Origin: Spirochaetia bacterium
GTDB lineage: Bacteria > Spirochaetota > Spirochaetia > DSM-2461
Assembly: GCA_963666985.2 (NCBI GenBank)
Contig: CAXXIA010000002.1
Span: 2,528,001 to 2,592,000 of the forward strand
Length of the DNA: 64,000 nt
Direction of reading: 5' to 3'
The notes under the pieces were generated by a model. The model had not been told where the DNA came from. It saw only the letters and a program-made list of their open reading frames with translations, and made no database searches. Below, piece by piece: positions 1-10,690 of the stretch. The translations under genes were made by a program, and so were the position numbers. Each line of letters begins with the position of its first letter. The first letter of the stretch is position 1.

Positions 1-1113
1 ACTCCCGTGCGCGATCTTCGCCTTGGCCAGCAGCAGATTGTCGAAATTGCCAAGACAATGATCGACGAACCGAAAATCCTCATCATGGATGAACCCACAT
101 CTTCTTTGAGCATTCCCGAGGTTCGGGTTCTTTTTAAGGTGATGAATGATTTAAAAGCCAATGGAGTCGCCATTATTTATATCTCCCATCGTTTGGAGGA
201 AATAAAGGAGATCGGCGATTATATCACCATCCTGCGGGATTCGCGTCTGATTGATTCGGGGCGGGTTAACGAGATGAAAATGCCGGACATCATCGAAAAA
301 ATGGTGGGCCGCGACCCGAAGAAATTTTTTACCGGTCAGGCACATGCAACCGGTGAAGTTCTTTTAAAAGCGAAGGATATAACCCTCCCGCGCTATGGCG
401 GCGGCTATACGCTCGACCATGTTTCCTTTGAGGTGCGCAAGGGGGAGGTTCTCGGTATATACGGCCTCATGGGCGCCGGGCGAACGGAGCTTCTGGAAAG
501 TCTTATGGGAGGCATGCCGGCCGCGGAAGGCGAAGTATGGCTGGACGGCAAGCGTCTCGACGGCTTCGACATGAAGAAGCGGATAGAGGCCGGTTTGGTT
601 CTTATCCCCGAAGAACGGCAGAGGGAAGGTTTGTTCCTAAATCTTGAAGTCGACAAAAACCTTACCATGTCGAGTATCGGTAAGTTCACGAAAGGCTTCC
701 ATATAAGGAAAAATCCCGAAGCGAAAAGCGTCAGGGAGATTATCGAATCCATAAAAATCCGAGTTGCCTCTCCTGAAATCTCCGTTACGGCGCTTTCGGG
801 CGGCAATCAGCAGAAGGTGGTTATCGGAAAGGCTCTGCTCACCGATCCCAAGATTCTGCTGATGGATGAACCTACTCGCGGGATTGATGTCGGTGCCAAG
901 TCCGATGTCTTTAAAATCGTCGATTCGATGGCCAACGAAGGCTTCGGCATCGTGCTTGTTTCTTCGGAGCTTGAAGAGGTCTGTTCCATGTCGGACCGGA
1001 TTCTCGTTTTGTCCAAGGGACAGGTAACCGGTGAGTTCAACAGAACCGAAGCGAACGAAGAAACAATTCGGAAAGCTTCGGAAATCGGTCATGGAATATC
1101 CGTTTCTGCATAA
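1..1113 (+). CDS. Sugar ABC transporter ATP-binding protein (5'-truncated by window edge)
   Basis: Two ABC halves: ILIMDEPT, GLMGAGRTE, LSGGNQQKV, DEPTRGIDVGAK. Confidence 0.95.
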   Translation, partial: TPVRDLRLGQQQIVEIAKTMIDEPKILIMDEPTSSLSIPEVRVLFKVMNDLKANGVAIIYISHRLEEIKEIGDYITILRDSRLIDSGRVNEMKMPDIIEKMVGRDPKKFFTGQAHATGEVLLKAKDITLPRYGGGYTLDHVSFEVRKGEVLGIYGLMGAGRTELLESLMGGMPAAEGEVWLDGKRLDGFDMKKRIEAGLVLIPEERQREGLFLNLEVDKNLTMSSIGKFTKGFHIRKNPEAKSVREIIESIKIRVASPEISVTALSGGNQQKVVIGKALLTDPKILLMDEPTRGIDVGAKSDVFKIVDSMANEGFGIVLVSSELEEVCSMSDRILVLSKGQVTGEFNRTEANEETIRKASEIGHGISVSA

Positions 1114-1133
1114 AGGGAGGAAGTAAGACAACT

Positions 1134-2198
1134 ATGGGAAATACGGAAATTGCTAAGAAACAGGGAGCCTCTTCGATTGGAATGGTTCTTCTGAAATTAC
1201 GATCCCTGATTGCTTTTTTGGGAGTATTTATCGTTTTCGCTTTCATCGCGCCGAATTTTCTTACAACGAGCAACCTGATATCCATGGCCAAGCATTCGGC
1301 CATATGGACGATACTGGCGATGGGAATGTCTTACGTTATCATCGGTGATGGTATAGACCTTTCGGTAGGATCCATCGCCGGGCTTTGCGGTATGCTCGCG
1401 GGCGGACTGATCATCGAAGGATTACGGCTGCCCATATTCGGCGTTATCATTTATTTCCATACTTGGATGATTATTCTCATTATTCTGGGAATCGGAGTCC
1501 TTCTCGGTGCCGTGAACGGTTTATTGGTAACAAGACTCGGTGTGGCGCCGTTTATCGCGACATTAGGGCTTCTCTATATGGCCCGCGGTTTCGCGATGCT
1601 TCGTTCCGGCGGAAAGACATTCCCCAATCTTGTGGGAGTTCCGGCGCTTGGAACAACGGGATTTCGCGTATTGGGGGCCGGGACGATTCTCGGGATTCCC
1701 TTGGTGGTGTGGATCGCCCTGGTGATAGCCTTGCTGGCTCACTACGTTTCTCGAAAAACTCCTTTCGGACGTCATGTTTATGCCGTCGGCGGAAACGAGG
1801 ATGCGGCGCGGCTCTCGGGTATCCGGGTTAAGCGGATTAAGACGGCCACGTATATGTTCTCGGGATTCTGCGCCGCCCTTACCGGTTTGGTGCTCGCTTC
1901 TCAATTGATGGCCAGTCATCCCGCCACGGGAGAATCATACGAATTAACGACGATCGCGGCCGTTGTTCTCGGCGGCACCTCCTTAAGTGGAGGACGGGGG
2001 TCCATCGGCGGTTCGGTCGTCGGGGCGCTTATTCTGGGTGTTCTGAACGACGGCCTTGTAATGGTCGGTGTCTCTTCGTTCTGGCAGACGGTTATCAAGG
2101 GGCTGGTTGTGGTCCTTGCCGTTGTGATCGATCAGTATCAATTGAGAAAACAGAATGAAGCCGCCTTGAAGCAGCAGACGGCAACGGCGGAGAAATAG
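1134..2198 (+). CDS. Sugar ABC transporter permease (RbsC-like)
   Basis: Hydrophobic; GIDLSVGS, GRHVYAVGGNEDAARLSG and AAVVLGGTSLSGG motifs; GGAGG upstream. Confidence 0.95.
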   Translation: MGNTEIAKKQGASSIGMVLLKLRSLIAFLGVFIVFAFIAPNFLTTSNLISMAKHSAIWTILAMGMSYVIIGDGIDLSVGSIAGLCGMLAGGLIIEGLRLPIFGVIIYFHTWMIILIILGIGVLLGAVNGLLVTRLGVAPFIATLGLLYMARGFAMLRSGGKTFPNLVGVPALGTTGFRVLGAGTILGIPLVVWIALVIALLAHYVSRKTPFGRHVYAVGGNEDAARLSGIRVKRIKTATYMFSGFCAALTGLVLASQLMASHPATGESYELTTIAAVVLGGTSLSGGRGSIGGSVVGALILGVLNDGLVMVGVSSFWQTVIKGLVVVLAVVIDQYQLRKQNEAALKQQTATAEK

Positions 2199-2252
2199 GA
2201 AAAGCTAATAAACAACTGGAAGTATAGGGAGAAACAGGAGTATTATAATGCG

Positions 2253-3083
2253 GTGAAACGACAATCAAGAATCGACTATTTACAAGATATTATCGCAGAA
2301 GCGAATTCCATAACCATAAAAGACCTGGCGGATCGGATGGATGTTTCCGTCATGACGATTCGCCGGGATATGGAGGTTCTGGAAGAAGCCGGATTAATCC
2401 GGACTTACCGCGGAGGGGTGATCGTTTCCGAGAAGCCCTCTCACCATAATTCCATCGCCGGATATTCCCTGACTTCGGCGGAAACTTCCCAAGTGGAAGA
2501 GAAAAAAGCCATCGCCCGGGTTGCCGCTTCTCTTATTGAAGAAGGTGATGTGGTATTCTTCGATGCCGGATCAACAGTGGAACTCATCTTAAGTTTCTTA
2601 AATCCGGATATCGAGATGACGGCCATTTGCTACAGCCTGAACATCATGAATCATTTGGCGAAATGGGCCCACACGCGGATTATCTTCGCGGGCGGTCATT
2701 ATCATCCCGACTCTCAAAATTTTGAGAGTCCCGAGGGGTTGGAACTTTTATCGAGGAACCGGATTTCCAAGGCCTTTATTTCCGCCAATGGAATACGCGC
2801 CGACCTCGGAGTCACCAGCTCCGGTCAATTTGAAATCCCTATAAAGCGGATTATTATCGAAAACAGCATCGCATCCTACTTGGTCGCCGACAGTACGAAA
2901 TGCGGATTGGTTCGAACGGCGCATTTCGCCGATGTCCGTGATTTTTCCGCCATTATAACCGACTGGCATATCTGGGATGATATGAAGGAAAAGCTGATTG
3001 AGGTTGGTGCCGATGTTATGGTGGCCCCGAATCCTTTGGGGAGCGCCGCTACGGAACACGAAACACCCTCCATTGAGAACTAG
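2253..3083 (+). CDS. DeoR/GlpR-family transcriptional regulator
   Basis: HTH VSVMTIRRDM; FFDAGST; VADSTK. Confidence 0.93.
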   Translation: MKRQSRIDYLQDIIAEANSITIKDLADRMDVSVMTIRRDMEVLEEAGLIRTYRGGVIVSEKPSHHNSIAGYSLTSAETSQVEEKKAIARVAASLIEEGDVVFFDAGSTVELILSFLNPDIEMTAICYSLNIMNHLAKWAHTRIIFAGGHYHPDSQNFESPEGLELLSRNRISKAFISANGIRADLGVTSSGQFEIPIKRIIIENSIASYLVADSTKCGLVRTAHFADVRDFSAIITDWHIWDDMKEKLIEVGADVMVAPNPLGSAATEHETPSIEN

Positions 3084-3244
3084 TGTGGTGCTCCGGAAAT
3101 CCTAAGACGGCGAAACGGCGGCTTAACGGAACGAATTGAGGCCGAGGATAGTCACTTGACGTCTTTTTGGGTCACGTTCGTAATTCAACGATGCGTTTCC
3201 AGAAGCCGCCGCTCCGTGAGAGAAATACCGGGACACCACACCAG
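3080..3244. repeat. MITE/REP-like palindromic element between convergent genes
   Basis: Terminal inverted repeats GTGTGGTGCTCCGG / CCGGGACACCACAC flanked by CTAG and CCAG; internal arms GGCGGCTT / AAGCCGCC. Confidence 0.6.
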
Positions 3245-3268
3245 CCGCTTCATTGCGGCTTAAGTTTC

Positions 3269-4777
3269 TTAATGGCCGGCAACGGCCGCGAATCGATCTT
3301 TCAAATCATTGTAAAGACCGAGAAAATGGGGGTATCGCTGTTCGTAGATGTCGCTGGGAGATGCTTCCACGGTTCTTTCGATTCGGATGAGCCTCTTTAC
3401 CGCTTCGTCGGCGTTTTTATAATCGCCGATCGCCATGGCGGCGATGATGCTGTTGCCGACATTTCCCGTATGAGGATTCGCGGCTATACAGATGGGCCGC
3501 TTGATAATCTGGGAAAGAACCGACAGCCATACGGGGCTTTTTAACCCGCCGCCGACAGCCTGGACGCGATCCACGGACATTCCGAGGGATTCCACCGTTT
3601 CGATGTTGTTTCTTAAGGCGAAGGAAACACCTTCCATAATTGATTTGATGAAATGTGCTTTTGTTGTGTTGATATTCACGCCGAAAAAGACACCGCGCGC
3701 GTGTGAATCCCAGTAAGGCGTTCTTTCACCGTTTAGATAGGGAAGAAAGATAAGCCCGTCGCATCCGTCGGGAATTTCGGCCGTTTCTCGATCATAAACT
3801 GAAAAAATGTCTCCCGAATCTTTGCCACCTTCCGAGTCGAAAGCGTTTTTAAACCAGTTGAGAGATTCTCCGGCCGTCTGCGTAACGCCGATGTTGATCC
3901 ATCGGTCTTCCAGACAGTAATTCCAGCAGAGAACCCGGTTTTTCGGATCGGGAAGCGGTACGTCCGAGCATGCGCTGGCCACACCGGCGGTACCGATGAT
4001 GAGAGTGACTTGCCCCTTCTGCGTCATGCCGGCCCCCAGGGCCGCCGCTTGGTTGTCGCCGCTGCCGTTGGCCACCGGCGTTCCTTCCGGAATGCCCGTG
4101 GCCGAGGCCACCTCCGCCGTGATTTTGCCCATGACCGTCGCCGACGGAGCGGCTTCGGGCATCATGCTCCGGGGGATTGAGAAGATATCGAACATCGTTT
4201 GCGACCAGCGCCGATTTTTAACGTCGAAAAGAAGCGTGCCCGAAGCATCCGAGTAATCGATAAGCATTTCGCCGGTAAGTTTGTACTTGATGTAATCCTT
4301 GGCCACCAGGATATGCTTTGTCGCTTTCCAAGTTTCCCGGTCGTTTTCCTGAACCCATGCAACCTGAGGAGCGGTGTAGGTCGGTGTTGCGTTATTGGCA
4401 ACTTCCTTCATAATGACCGCCGCCGTCGAAGCGTCGGCGTTAAGCCTGTTGGTAATGGCAAGGGATCGCTGGTCCATCCACGTAATGGCGGAACGGAGAG
4501 GTTTCCCCGCGGAGTCGAGATAGACATGGGTGTGCATCTGTCCGCAGAGTCCGACGGCCCGGATACGGGCCATGTCGTCGGGATTGGAAGCACGAAGTTT
4601 TTTGCATCCGGAAAGAACCGCATCCCACCATAAACCGGGATTTTGCTCGGCGAACCCCGGGCGGGGTACCTCGATGGAGTATTCGGAGTAAGCGTCGTTG
4701 ATCGTTGCTCCATTTTCCGCAACCAGCGCGACTTTCGTGCCGGTTGTTCCGATATCCAGGCTCAAATAGGTGTGCAT
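3269..4777 (-). CDS. FGGY-family sugar kinase (xylulokinase-like)
   Basis: LDIGTTGTK, GQMH, DASGTLLFD, GDNQAAA, PYLNGERTP, GGGLKS. Confidence 0.93.
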   Translation of the reverse strand: MHTYLSLDIGTTGTKVALVAENGATINDAYSEYSIEVPRPGFAEQNPGLWWDAVLSGCKKLRASNPDDMARIRAVGLCGQMHTHVYLDSAGKPLRSAITWMDQRSLAITNRLNADASTAAVIMKEVANNATPTYTAPQVAWVQENDRETWKATKHILVAKDYIKYKLTGEMLIDYSDASGTLLFDVKNRRWSQTMFDIFSIPRSMMPEAAPSATVMGKITAEVASATGIPEGTPVANGSGDNQAAALGAGMTQKGQVTLIIGTAGVASACSDVPLPDPKNRVLCWNYCLEDRWINIGVTQTAGESLNWFKNAFDSEGGKDSGDIFSVYDRETAEIPDGCDGLIFLPYLNGERTPYWDSHARGVFFGVNINTTKAHFIKSIMEGVSFALRNNIETVESLGMSVDRVQAVGGGLKSPVWLSVLSQIIKRPICIAANPHTGNVGNSIIAAMAIGDYKNADEAVKRLIRIERTVEASPSDIYEQRYPHFLGLYNDLKDRFAAVAGH

Positions 4778-4795
4778 GCGGTCCCTCCTCGCGCA

Positions 4796-5509
4796 TTACT
4801 CCGGATAGAAAAGATCGATTAAACCCTTGTTCGCCCCCGGCGCACCGATCATGGGGAGTTCACGGGTTTTCATCGTCCGTTCCATTTTTTCCACTTCTTT
4901 ACGCGGAATTTCCTTCACTTCACCGGCCGCCAGGGCGGCAAGAATGGAAATGGAACTCACTTCAAGCATATCGACGATATGCATAAGCCGGATGATGTCC
5001 GAAGGACTTATGGCCGTAATTCCATGGTTTTCCATGATGAAGGTGTTGTACTTCTGAAGATAAGGGATGAAGTTATCCGCCAGTTCCTGTGAAATAGGCT
5101 CTCCGTAGGGAACCACGGGAACGGGACCTATCTCCACGACGCTTTCGGGAAACAGCGGACGCATCAGCCAGTTTTCCTTCATGATGGCGAATGCGTTTGT
5201 CCAGGGCGGATGACAATGGATGGCCGAAACGATGTCCGGTCTGTGCTTGAAGAAATTCAGGTACATCGGCATTTCGCCGCTGGGTTTTCTGGTTCCTTCA
5301 AGAACATTGCCTTCGATGTCGACGAACACAAGATCTTCGGGAACGAGGATATTTTTATATCTTCGCGTCGGGGTGATGATGTAGATATTCTCTTCCACTT
5401 TGTAGGCAAGATTTCCGCCGTGGCTCGTGGCGAAAAGGCGATCGGCCAGAATCTTGCAAACATAAAGAAAATCATCGACTTCTTTTTTGTGTTTTTTGAG
5501 CAAGCTCAT
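4796..5509 (-). CDS. Class II aldolase/adducin-family protein
   Basis: GGNL, ITPT, PSGEMPM, HCHP and MENHG zinc-site motifs. Confidence 0.9.
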   Translation of the reverse strand: MSLLKKHKKEVDDFLYVCKILADRLFATSHGGNLAYKVEENIYIITPTRRYKNILVPEDLVFVDIEGNVLEGTRKPSGEMPMYLNFFKHRPDIVSAIHCHPPWTNAFAIMKENWLMRPLFPESVVEIGPVPVVPYGEPISQELADNFIPYLQKYNTFIMENHGITAISPSDIIRLMHIVDMLEVSSISILAALAAGEVKEIPRKEVEKMERTMKTRELPMIGAPGANKGLIDLFYPE

Positions 5510-5520
5510 GTATTTCTTCC

Positions 5521-6402
5521 TTATTTTGCTTCTTCGGCCTTAACCTGCCGATAGATTTCAAACGCTTCTTTCGGCTTGGCGCTGCCGTGAACAACGGCAT
5601 TAATGGCCTGCATCATTCCATGGGGAGAATCCGATTGGAAAATATTTCTACCCATATCCACGCCGGCGGCTCCCTGGTCGATGGCCCTGTAGGCCATTTC
5701 GATGGCGTCCATTTCCGGTCTTTTCTTTCCGCCGGCGATTACGATGGGCACCGGACAGCAGGCGGTTACCGTTTCGAATTCTTCGTCGGTGTAATAAGTC
5801 TTAATAACGTGAGCCCCGAGTTCCGCGCACATTCGGGTGGCCAGTCTGAAGTATTTCGGCGTTCTGGCCATTTCCCGTCCGACGGCCGTTACCGCCATCG
5901 TGGGAATCCCGTACCGGAGTCCGGCGTCCACGAGTTTGGTCATGTTCACGACGCTTCGTGATTCGAACTCGCCGCCGATGAATACCTGAATCGCGGTTCC
6001 GCAAACGCCCAGACGGATGCAGTCTTCGATATCCATCGCGATTTCCTCATTGGAAAGCTCTTTAAGAATGCTGGGGCCGCCTGAAGCCCGAATCATGACG
6101 GCTTTCGTCATCGAGGGAGGAACGACGCTTCGCAGAATTCCCCGTGTACACATCAGTGTATCCGCATACGGAACCAAGGGCATGATATCGACATCGACCC
6201 GTTCGAGGCCGGTCGTAGGTCCCTGAAAGTATCCGTGGTCTATGGCCAGCATAATGGTTTTTCCATCTTTCGGATTGAAAACCCTGGATAAACGGTTTTT
6301 CATTCCCCAGCCGAGTTCGTTTGAACCTTTCAGTCCGTATAACTCCGATTTCTGAGGGATATCAACGTGATAATTACGACCTTCAACATCGGCTTCAGGC
6401 AT
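5521..6402 (-). CDS. lsrF: LsrF-family thiolase / class I aldolase
   Basis: [62 protein letters not shown]. Confidence 0.88.
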   Translation of the reverse strand: MPEADVEGRNYHVDIPQKSELYGLKGSNELGWGMKNRLSRVFNPKDGKTIMLAIDHGYFQGPTTGLERVDVDIMPLVPYADTLMCTRGILRSVVPPSMTKAVMIRASGGPSILKELSNEEIAMDIEDCIRLGVCGTAIQVFIGGEFESRSVVNMTKLVDAGLRYGIPTMAVTAVGREMARTPKYFRLATRMCAELGAHVIKTYYTDEEFETVTACCPVPIVIAGGKKRPEMDAIEMAYRAIDQGAAGVDMGRNIFQSDSPHGMMQAINAVVHGSAKPKEAFEIYRQVKAEEAK

Positions 6403-6411
6403 GATTTTCTC

Positions 6412-6990
6412 CTAATACTTTAATGTTCCGTCGGGATTACGGAAATCATCCAGAGTCATTCCTCTCTCTTCCAATTCTTTGAGAAGAATCTCCAAGCCCC
6501 AGCGGGCTCCGTCGCCGACGGCCATGCAGCATTTATCATCGTCGTGATGTGCTCCCGCCGCTCGGAAAGCTTCCTTATCTTCATCAATGCGAAGGTCGAA
6601 ATGACGTCCGTCATAAAGGGATTTCTGGACGCCGCTACAGAGCACGCTGCCGAATTTCTCTTCGAATTTATCATGGAGAGCCCGTGTCATGCGGAACGAA
6701 TCGTATTTATCGGCTCGTCCCTCCTCGCTGGCTTCCTTGGCGCGGGTGCGGCCGAAAAAACTGGCCATAACCATGGACGCGCCCGTGTAGCCGCCGCAGT
6801 TCCCGTCGGTACATTCTCCGCCGCCGCCGGCCAGACCGCTTCCGGCCTTGTAGACAATTTCATCTTTTATGCCGATGGCATCGAATATCCCGGCAATGGC
6901 GCATTGAGCGCATCCGCGATAATCCCGTTCGTACTTAAAACCCAGATCGAATGCTTTTTGCAGCAAAGCGTCTTTTTCTTTCTGATCCAT
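6412..6990 (-). CDS. C-GCAxxG-C-C family putative redox protein
   Basis: GCAQ, NCGGYTG, FGSVLC and C-terminal CC. Confidence 0.8.
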   Translation of the reverse strand: MDQKEKDALLQKAFDLGFKYERDYRGCAQCAIAGIFDAIGIKDEIVYKAGSGLAGGGGECTDGNCGGYTGASMVMASFFGRTRAKEASEEGRADKYDSFRMTRALHDKFEEKFGSVLCSGVQKSLYDGRHFDLRIDEDKEAFRAAGAHHDDDKCCMAVGDGARWGLEILLKELEERGMTLDDFRNPDGTLKY

Positions 6991-7014
6991 ACAGGTACCC
7001 TCCTGATGTTGTTT

Positions 7015-7776
7015 CTATTTATATGTCGATCCACCATCGACGATGATGTTTTGTCCGCAGATAAAACCGGCCTGGTCCGAAGCGAGGAACAGTACAAGAT
7101 TCGCGACATCCTCAGGCCGGCCCAGACGGCCGACAGGAACCCGGCCTATCATGTCTTTCCATTGTTCCGGGTCCGGATAACGATCCCGGAAGAGATCGGT
7201 TTCGATCAATGCGGGCAGAACGGAATTGACCGTGATTCCTTTCGGCGCCAGTTCTTTGGAAAGATTCCGGACAAGACCGTTGATTCCCGCTTTCGCCGCG
7301 GAATAGAAGGCCGAACCGCCTCCGCCGGTGATGGAGCCGGAAGAACCGATATAAATGATTCGGCCGGTTTCGCTCATGTATTCCAAAGCGGCGCGGGTAA
7401 CATAGAATGCCGCCGACAGATTCACTTCGATGCCGCTTTTCCACTGCTTGTCGGTAATTTCCTTGGCGCCCAAAGGAACGGCAAATCCCGCGCTGTTGAT
7501 CAGGATATCAAGCCTTCCGTAGGTCTCTTTTGCCGTTTTGCAGAGTTCCGAGCAGAATTGGGAATCCGTAATATCGCCGGGGCATGACGTGCAGCGTCCG
7601 CCGAATCCTTCGATTTCCGCCTTTACCTTTTCAAAACCCGCGATATCCCGTTCAACCGGAAGATAATTTATAACGACCGATACTCCGGATTGGGCGAGAG
7701 CCGTACAAATGGCCGCTCCAATTCCGCGGGATCCGCCTGTGACGACGGCAACTTTATCCTTCAGCCGCAGCTCCAT
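7015..7776 (-). CDS. Short-chain dehydrogenase/reductase (FabG-like)
   Basis: TGGSRGIG, NSAG, YSAAK. Confidence 0.93.
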   Translation of the reverse strand: MELRLKDKVAVVTGGSRGIGAAICTALAQSGVSVVINYLPVERDIAGFEKVKAEIEGFGGRCTSCPGDITDSQFCSELCKTAKETYGRLDILINSAGFAVPLGAKEITDKQWKSGIEVNLSAAFYVTRAALEYMSETGRIIYIGSSGSITGGGGSAFYSAAKAGINGLVRNLSKELAPKGITVNSVLPALIETDLFRDRYPDPEQWKDMIGRVPVGRLGRPEDVANLVLFLASDQAGFICGQNIIVDGGSTYK

Positions 7777-7810
7777 ATATTCCTCCAGAGTCTTTGAGTT
7801 GTTGCCTATT

Positions 7811-7830
7811 AATGTTACAAACAGAACATT
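7811..7830. promoter_or_regulatory. Palindromic operator AATGTT-N8-AACATT, site 1 (probably bound by the DeoR regulator)
   Basis: AATGTTacaaacagAACATT, just downstream of the leftward promoter; same arms recur at 8046-8065. Confidence 0.6.
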
Positions 7831-7850
7831 AAATTGTGACTTATTCTTAC

Positions 7851-7878
7851 ATTATAGGCCGGGATGTGAGAATGTCAA
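7851..7878 (-). promoter_or_regulatory. Sigma70 promoter for the SDR-lsrF-kinase operon
   Basis: TTGACA-16nt-TATAAT on the minus strand. Confidence 0.7.
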
Positions 7879-8045
7879 CAAGAAGAAAAGTAATTCAAGA
7901 GGATAATTTCGGGATAAACGATGGAAATTCGGTATGGTTTCGGCGCTTCGGAGATGGATGTTTTATTCATTTATTCCATCTCACATAAGTGTTTAAGATT
8001 TGTCGGCGGAACAGGTTTCCGGTTGTGGTAGAGTTTACACAAAAA

Positions 8046-8079
8046 AATGTTGACAATGGAACATTGAACGCTTGATACT
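8046..8079 (+). promoter_or_regulatory. Operator site 2 overlapping the TTGACA -35 of the ABC operon promoter
   Basis: AATGTTgacaatggAACATT (8046-8065); TTGACA-18nt-GATACT. Confidence 0.6.
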
Positions 8080-8112
8080 GATGGAAGCGACAATTTGAAA
8101 TGGAGGTATTAC

Positions 8113-9105
8113 ATGAAGAAATGTTTTCTGGTGCTCCTGGTGCTGGGCCTGACGGCGGCGCCGGTATGCCTGTTCGCGGGCGGAGGATCGGAGGCCAAAG
8201 GGGATTCCTACGAGATTGCCACGGTCGTCAAGATTACCGGTATCCCCTGGTTTAACCGGATGGAAGAAGGCGTGAAACGGGCCGCCGATGAGCTCGGTGT
8301 GAACGCTTATCAGGTCGGTCCGGCCGACGCCGATCCCGCTCAGCAGGTTCGCATGGTTGAAGATCTGATCAGTAAAGGCGTGGACGCCATCTGCGTAACT
8401 CCCAACGATGCAAAGGCTCTCGAACCTGTATTCAACCGGGCTCGGAAGGAAGGTATCATCATTATTACTCATGAGTCTCCGGATCAGAAAGGCAAGGACT
8501 ATGATCTTGAGCTTATCGATAATGAGAACTTCGGCCGGCATCACTGGGATATGCTGGCAAAGTATATGGGGAATTCGGGGAAGTACGCCATTTTCGTCGG
8601 ATCTTTGACGGTTCCCCTGCACAACCTCTGGGCCGATGTGGGTATTGATTACGCCAAGACGAAATATCCCGGCATGGAACTGGTAACCGATCGTATTCCC
8701 TGCGGTGAAGATCAGGAACTCTCCAAGCAGAGAACTCTTGAGTTGCTTCAGGCGTATCCCGATTTGGCCGGTATCATCGGTTTCGGAAGTCTCGGCCCTC
8801 CGGGTGCGGCTCAGGCGCTCAAAGAGAAAGGCCTTACCGAAGAAGTCTCCGTCGTCGGTACGGTTCTTCCCGGACATGCGGCTCAGTACCTGAAAGACGG
8901 TTCCATGGATCACGGTATCCTGTGGGATCCCGCCGATGCCGGTTACGCCATGACTTGGGTTGCCCTGCAGATGCTGGAAGGCAAAGAGATTAAAGACGGA
9001 ATGACGGTGCCCGGCATGGGCAAAACGGTCCTTGACGGTGATGTTATCAAGGTTGACGCCATGATCGATATTACCGCCGAGAATGCGGACGATTTCGGAT
9101 TCTAA
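8113..9105 (+). CDS. Sugar ABC substrate-binding protein (LsrB/rhamnose-binding-like)
   Basis: Signal peptide ending FAGGG; VVKITGIPWFNRMEEGV; WDPADAGY; start moved to ATG 8113 after GGAGG. Confidence 0.9.
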   Translation: MKKCFLVLLVLGLTAAPVCLFAGGGSEAKGDSYEIATVVKITGIPWFNRMEEGVKRAADELGVNAYQVGPADADPAQQVRMVEDLISKGVDAICVTPNDAKALEPVFNRARKEGIIIITHESPDQKGKDYDLELIDNENFGRHHWDMLAKYMGNSGKYAIFVGSLTVPLHNLWADVGIDYAKTKYPGMELVTDRIPCGEDQELSKQRTLELLQAYPDLAGIIGFGSLGPPGAAQALKEKGLTEEVSVVGTVLPGHAAQYLKDGSMDHGILWDPADAGYAMTWVALQMLEGKEIKDGMTVPGMGKTVLDGDVIKVDAMIDITAENADDFGF

Positions 9106-9116
9106 GTGATTCTTTC

Positions 9117-9163
9117 GGCGGCGGACCGTATTTCTTCTTCGAAATGCGGCCCGCCGTCTTTTC
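9117..9163 (+). terminator. Hairpin/terminator after the binding-protein gene
   Basis: GGCGGCGGACCGTATTTC-loop-GAAATGCGGCCCGCCGTC followed by TTTT. Confidence 0.6.
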
Positions 9164-9196
9164 TTAAGCAATAAAAAATAGGAACAGGCGATTGAT

Positions 9197-10690
9197 GTGA
9201 AATTCCTCGAAATGCGGAATGTTAGGAAGCGGTATACCGGTGTCCAAGCCCTGGGGGGTGTCGATTTCGATATCTCGGCCGGTGAGGTTCATTGCCTCGC
9301 CGGTGAGAACGGCAGCGGGAAATCCACGCTGATTAAAATCATCTCCGGTGTTGAAACTCCGGATGAGGGGACGGAAATCCTTATTGATGGGAATCCGATC
9401 GGACAGCAGGATTCCCTGAAAGCGATGAGGCGGGGCATTGAGGTGATTTACCAAGATCTTTCTCTGTTCCCGAATATGACCGTATCGGAAAATATTGCTC
9501 TGAATGAAGTCATCGGTTCCGGCAGCCGGATTATCACCAAGTCGAAGGAACGCGAGATTGCCAAGTCCGCGATGAATCGTGTCGGAATCGAACTTCCGAC
9601 GGATGAGCTTGTCGGTGATTTGTCCATGGGCGATCAGCAGCTTGTCGCCATTTGCCGTGCTTTGACATCGGATATCAGGCTTCTGATTATGGATGAGCCC
9701 ACGACGGCTTTAACCCGCAAAGAGGTTGTGGGGTTGTTTCGAGCGGTGGAGGAACTTCGAGCACAGGGAATTGCCTCTCTCTTCGTCAGCCACAAACTCT
9801 GTGAAGTTCTGGAAATTGCCGAGAGGGTGACTGTGCTTCGCGACGGACAAAAGGTGGGAGTCTATCCCGCCTCCGAGCTTGACGATGCAAAGCTGTCCTT
9901 TCTGATGACCGGAGAAAACTTGGAATATGAGTCTTTTGTTTATGACTTGGGAAATCGGAAACCTCTGCTTGAAGTGAACAATCTCTCCCGCAGGGAGCAT
10001 TTCTCAGGCATCGATTTTCAGCTGTTTCCGGGAGAAATCCTGGGAATTACCGGATTGCTGGGTTCGGGAAGAACGGAACTGGCCATGGCTCTTTTCGGAC
10101 TGAATCAACCCGATTCCGGAGAGGTTGTTCTCGACGGAAAGAAGGTGAATCTTAAAAGCGCGAAAAAGGCGGCCGCGGCGGGGATGGCCTATGTGCCCGA
10201 GAACCGGCTGGTTCTAGGTTTGGTTATGCCTCAATCGGTCGCTCGGAATACCGTTCTTACCACCATACGCGGACTCGTCGGCCGCTTCGGTTCCGTGGAC
10301 GAGCGGCGCTTCGACGAGAGCGTCGATTACTGGGTGAAGCGTCTGCGAATAAAAGTTCCGAATGTATCCTCGCCGGTTTGCACCCTTTCCGGAGGAAATC
10401 AGCAGAGGGTTGTTCTGGCCAAATGGATGGCCGCGAGTCCCAAGGTTCTTATTCTGGACGGACCGACGGTCGGAATCGACGTTGCCGCGAAGAGCGCCAT
10501 TCATTCGTTTCTCAGGGAACTCGCGGCAACCGGGGTGGGTATTATCATCATTTCGGATGAAATCCCCGAAGTTCACGGGAACTGCAACAGAATCCTGCTG
10601 ATGCATCGCGGCCGCATTCGGGGAGAATTTCTGTCCGCCGAAATCACACCGGCGGAAATTCAAGATGAGATAGAACGGATCGCTCAATGA
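9197..10690 (+). CDS. Sugar ABC transporter ATP-binding protein
   Basis: GENGSGKST, DEPT, LSGGNQQRV. Confidence 0.95.
   Translation: MKFLEMRNVRKRYTGVQALGGVDFDISAGEVHCLAGENGSGKSTLIKIISGVETPDEGTEILIDGNPIGQQDSLKAMRRGIEVIYQDLSLFPNMTVSENIALNEVIGSGSRIITKSKEREIAKSAMNRVGIELPTDELVGDLSMGDQQLVAICRALTSDIRLLIMDEPTTALTRKEVVGLFRAVEELRAQGIASLFVSHKLCEVLEIAERVTVLRDGQKVGVYPASELDDAKLSFLMTGENLEYESFVYDLGNRKPLLEVNNLSRREHFSGIDFQLFPGEILGITGLLGSGRTELAMALFGLNQPDSGEVVLDGKKVNLKSAKKAAAAGMAYVPENRLVLGLVMPQSVARNTVLTTIRGLVGRFGSVDERRFDESVDYWVKRLRIKVPNVSSPVCTLSGGNQQRVVLAKWMAASPKVLILDGPTVGIDVAAKSAIHSFLRELAATGVGIIIISDEIPEVHGNCNRILLMHRGRIRGEFLSAEITPAEIQDEIERIAQ

Noticed and set aside
6544..9171. Long antisense ORFs (6544-7587, 8035-9171; likewise 24852-25844, 38367-39290, 49589-50548, 50547-51584, 54731-55708, 60849-61769)
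   Set aside because: They lie opposite well-supported genes, have no motifs or RBS, and are typical codon-bias shadows.
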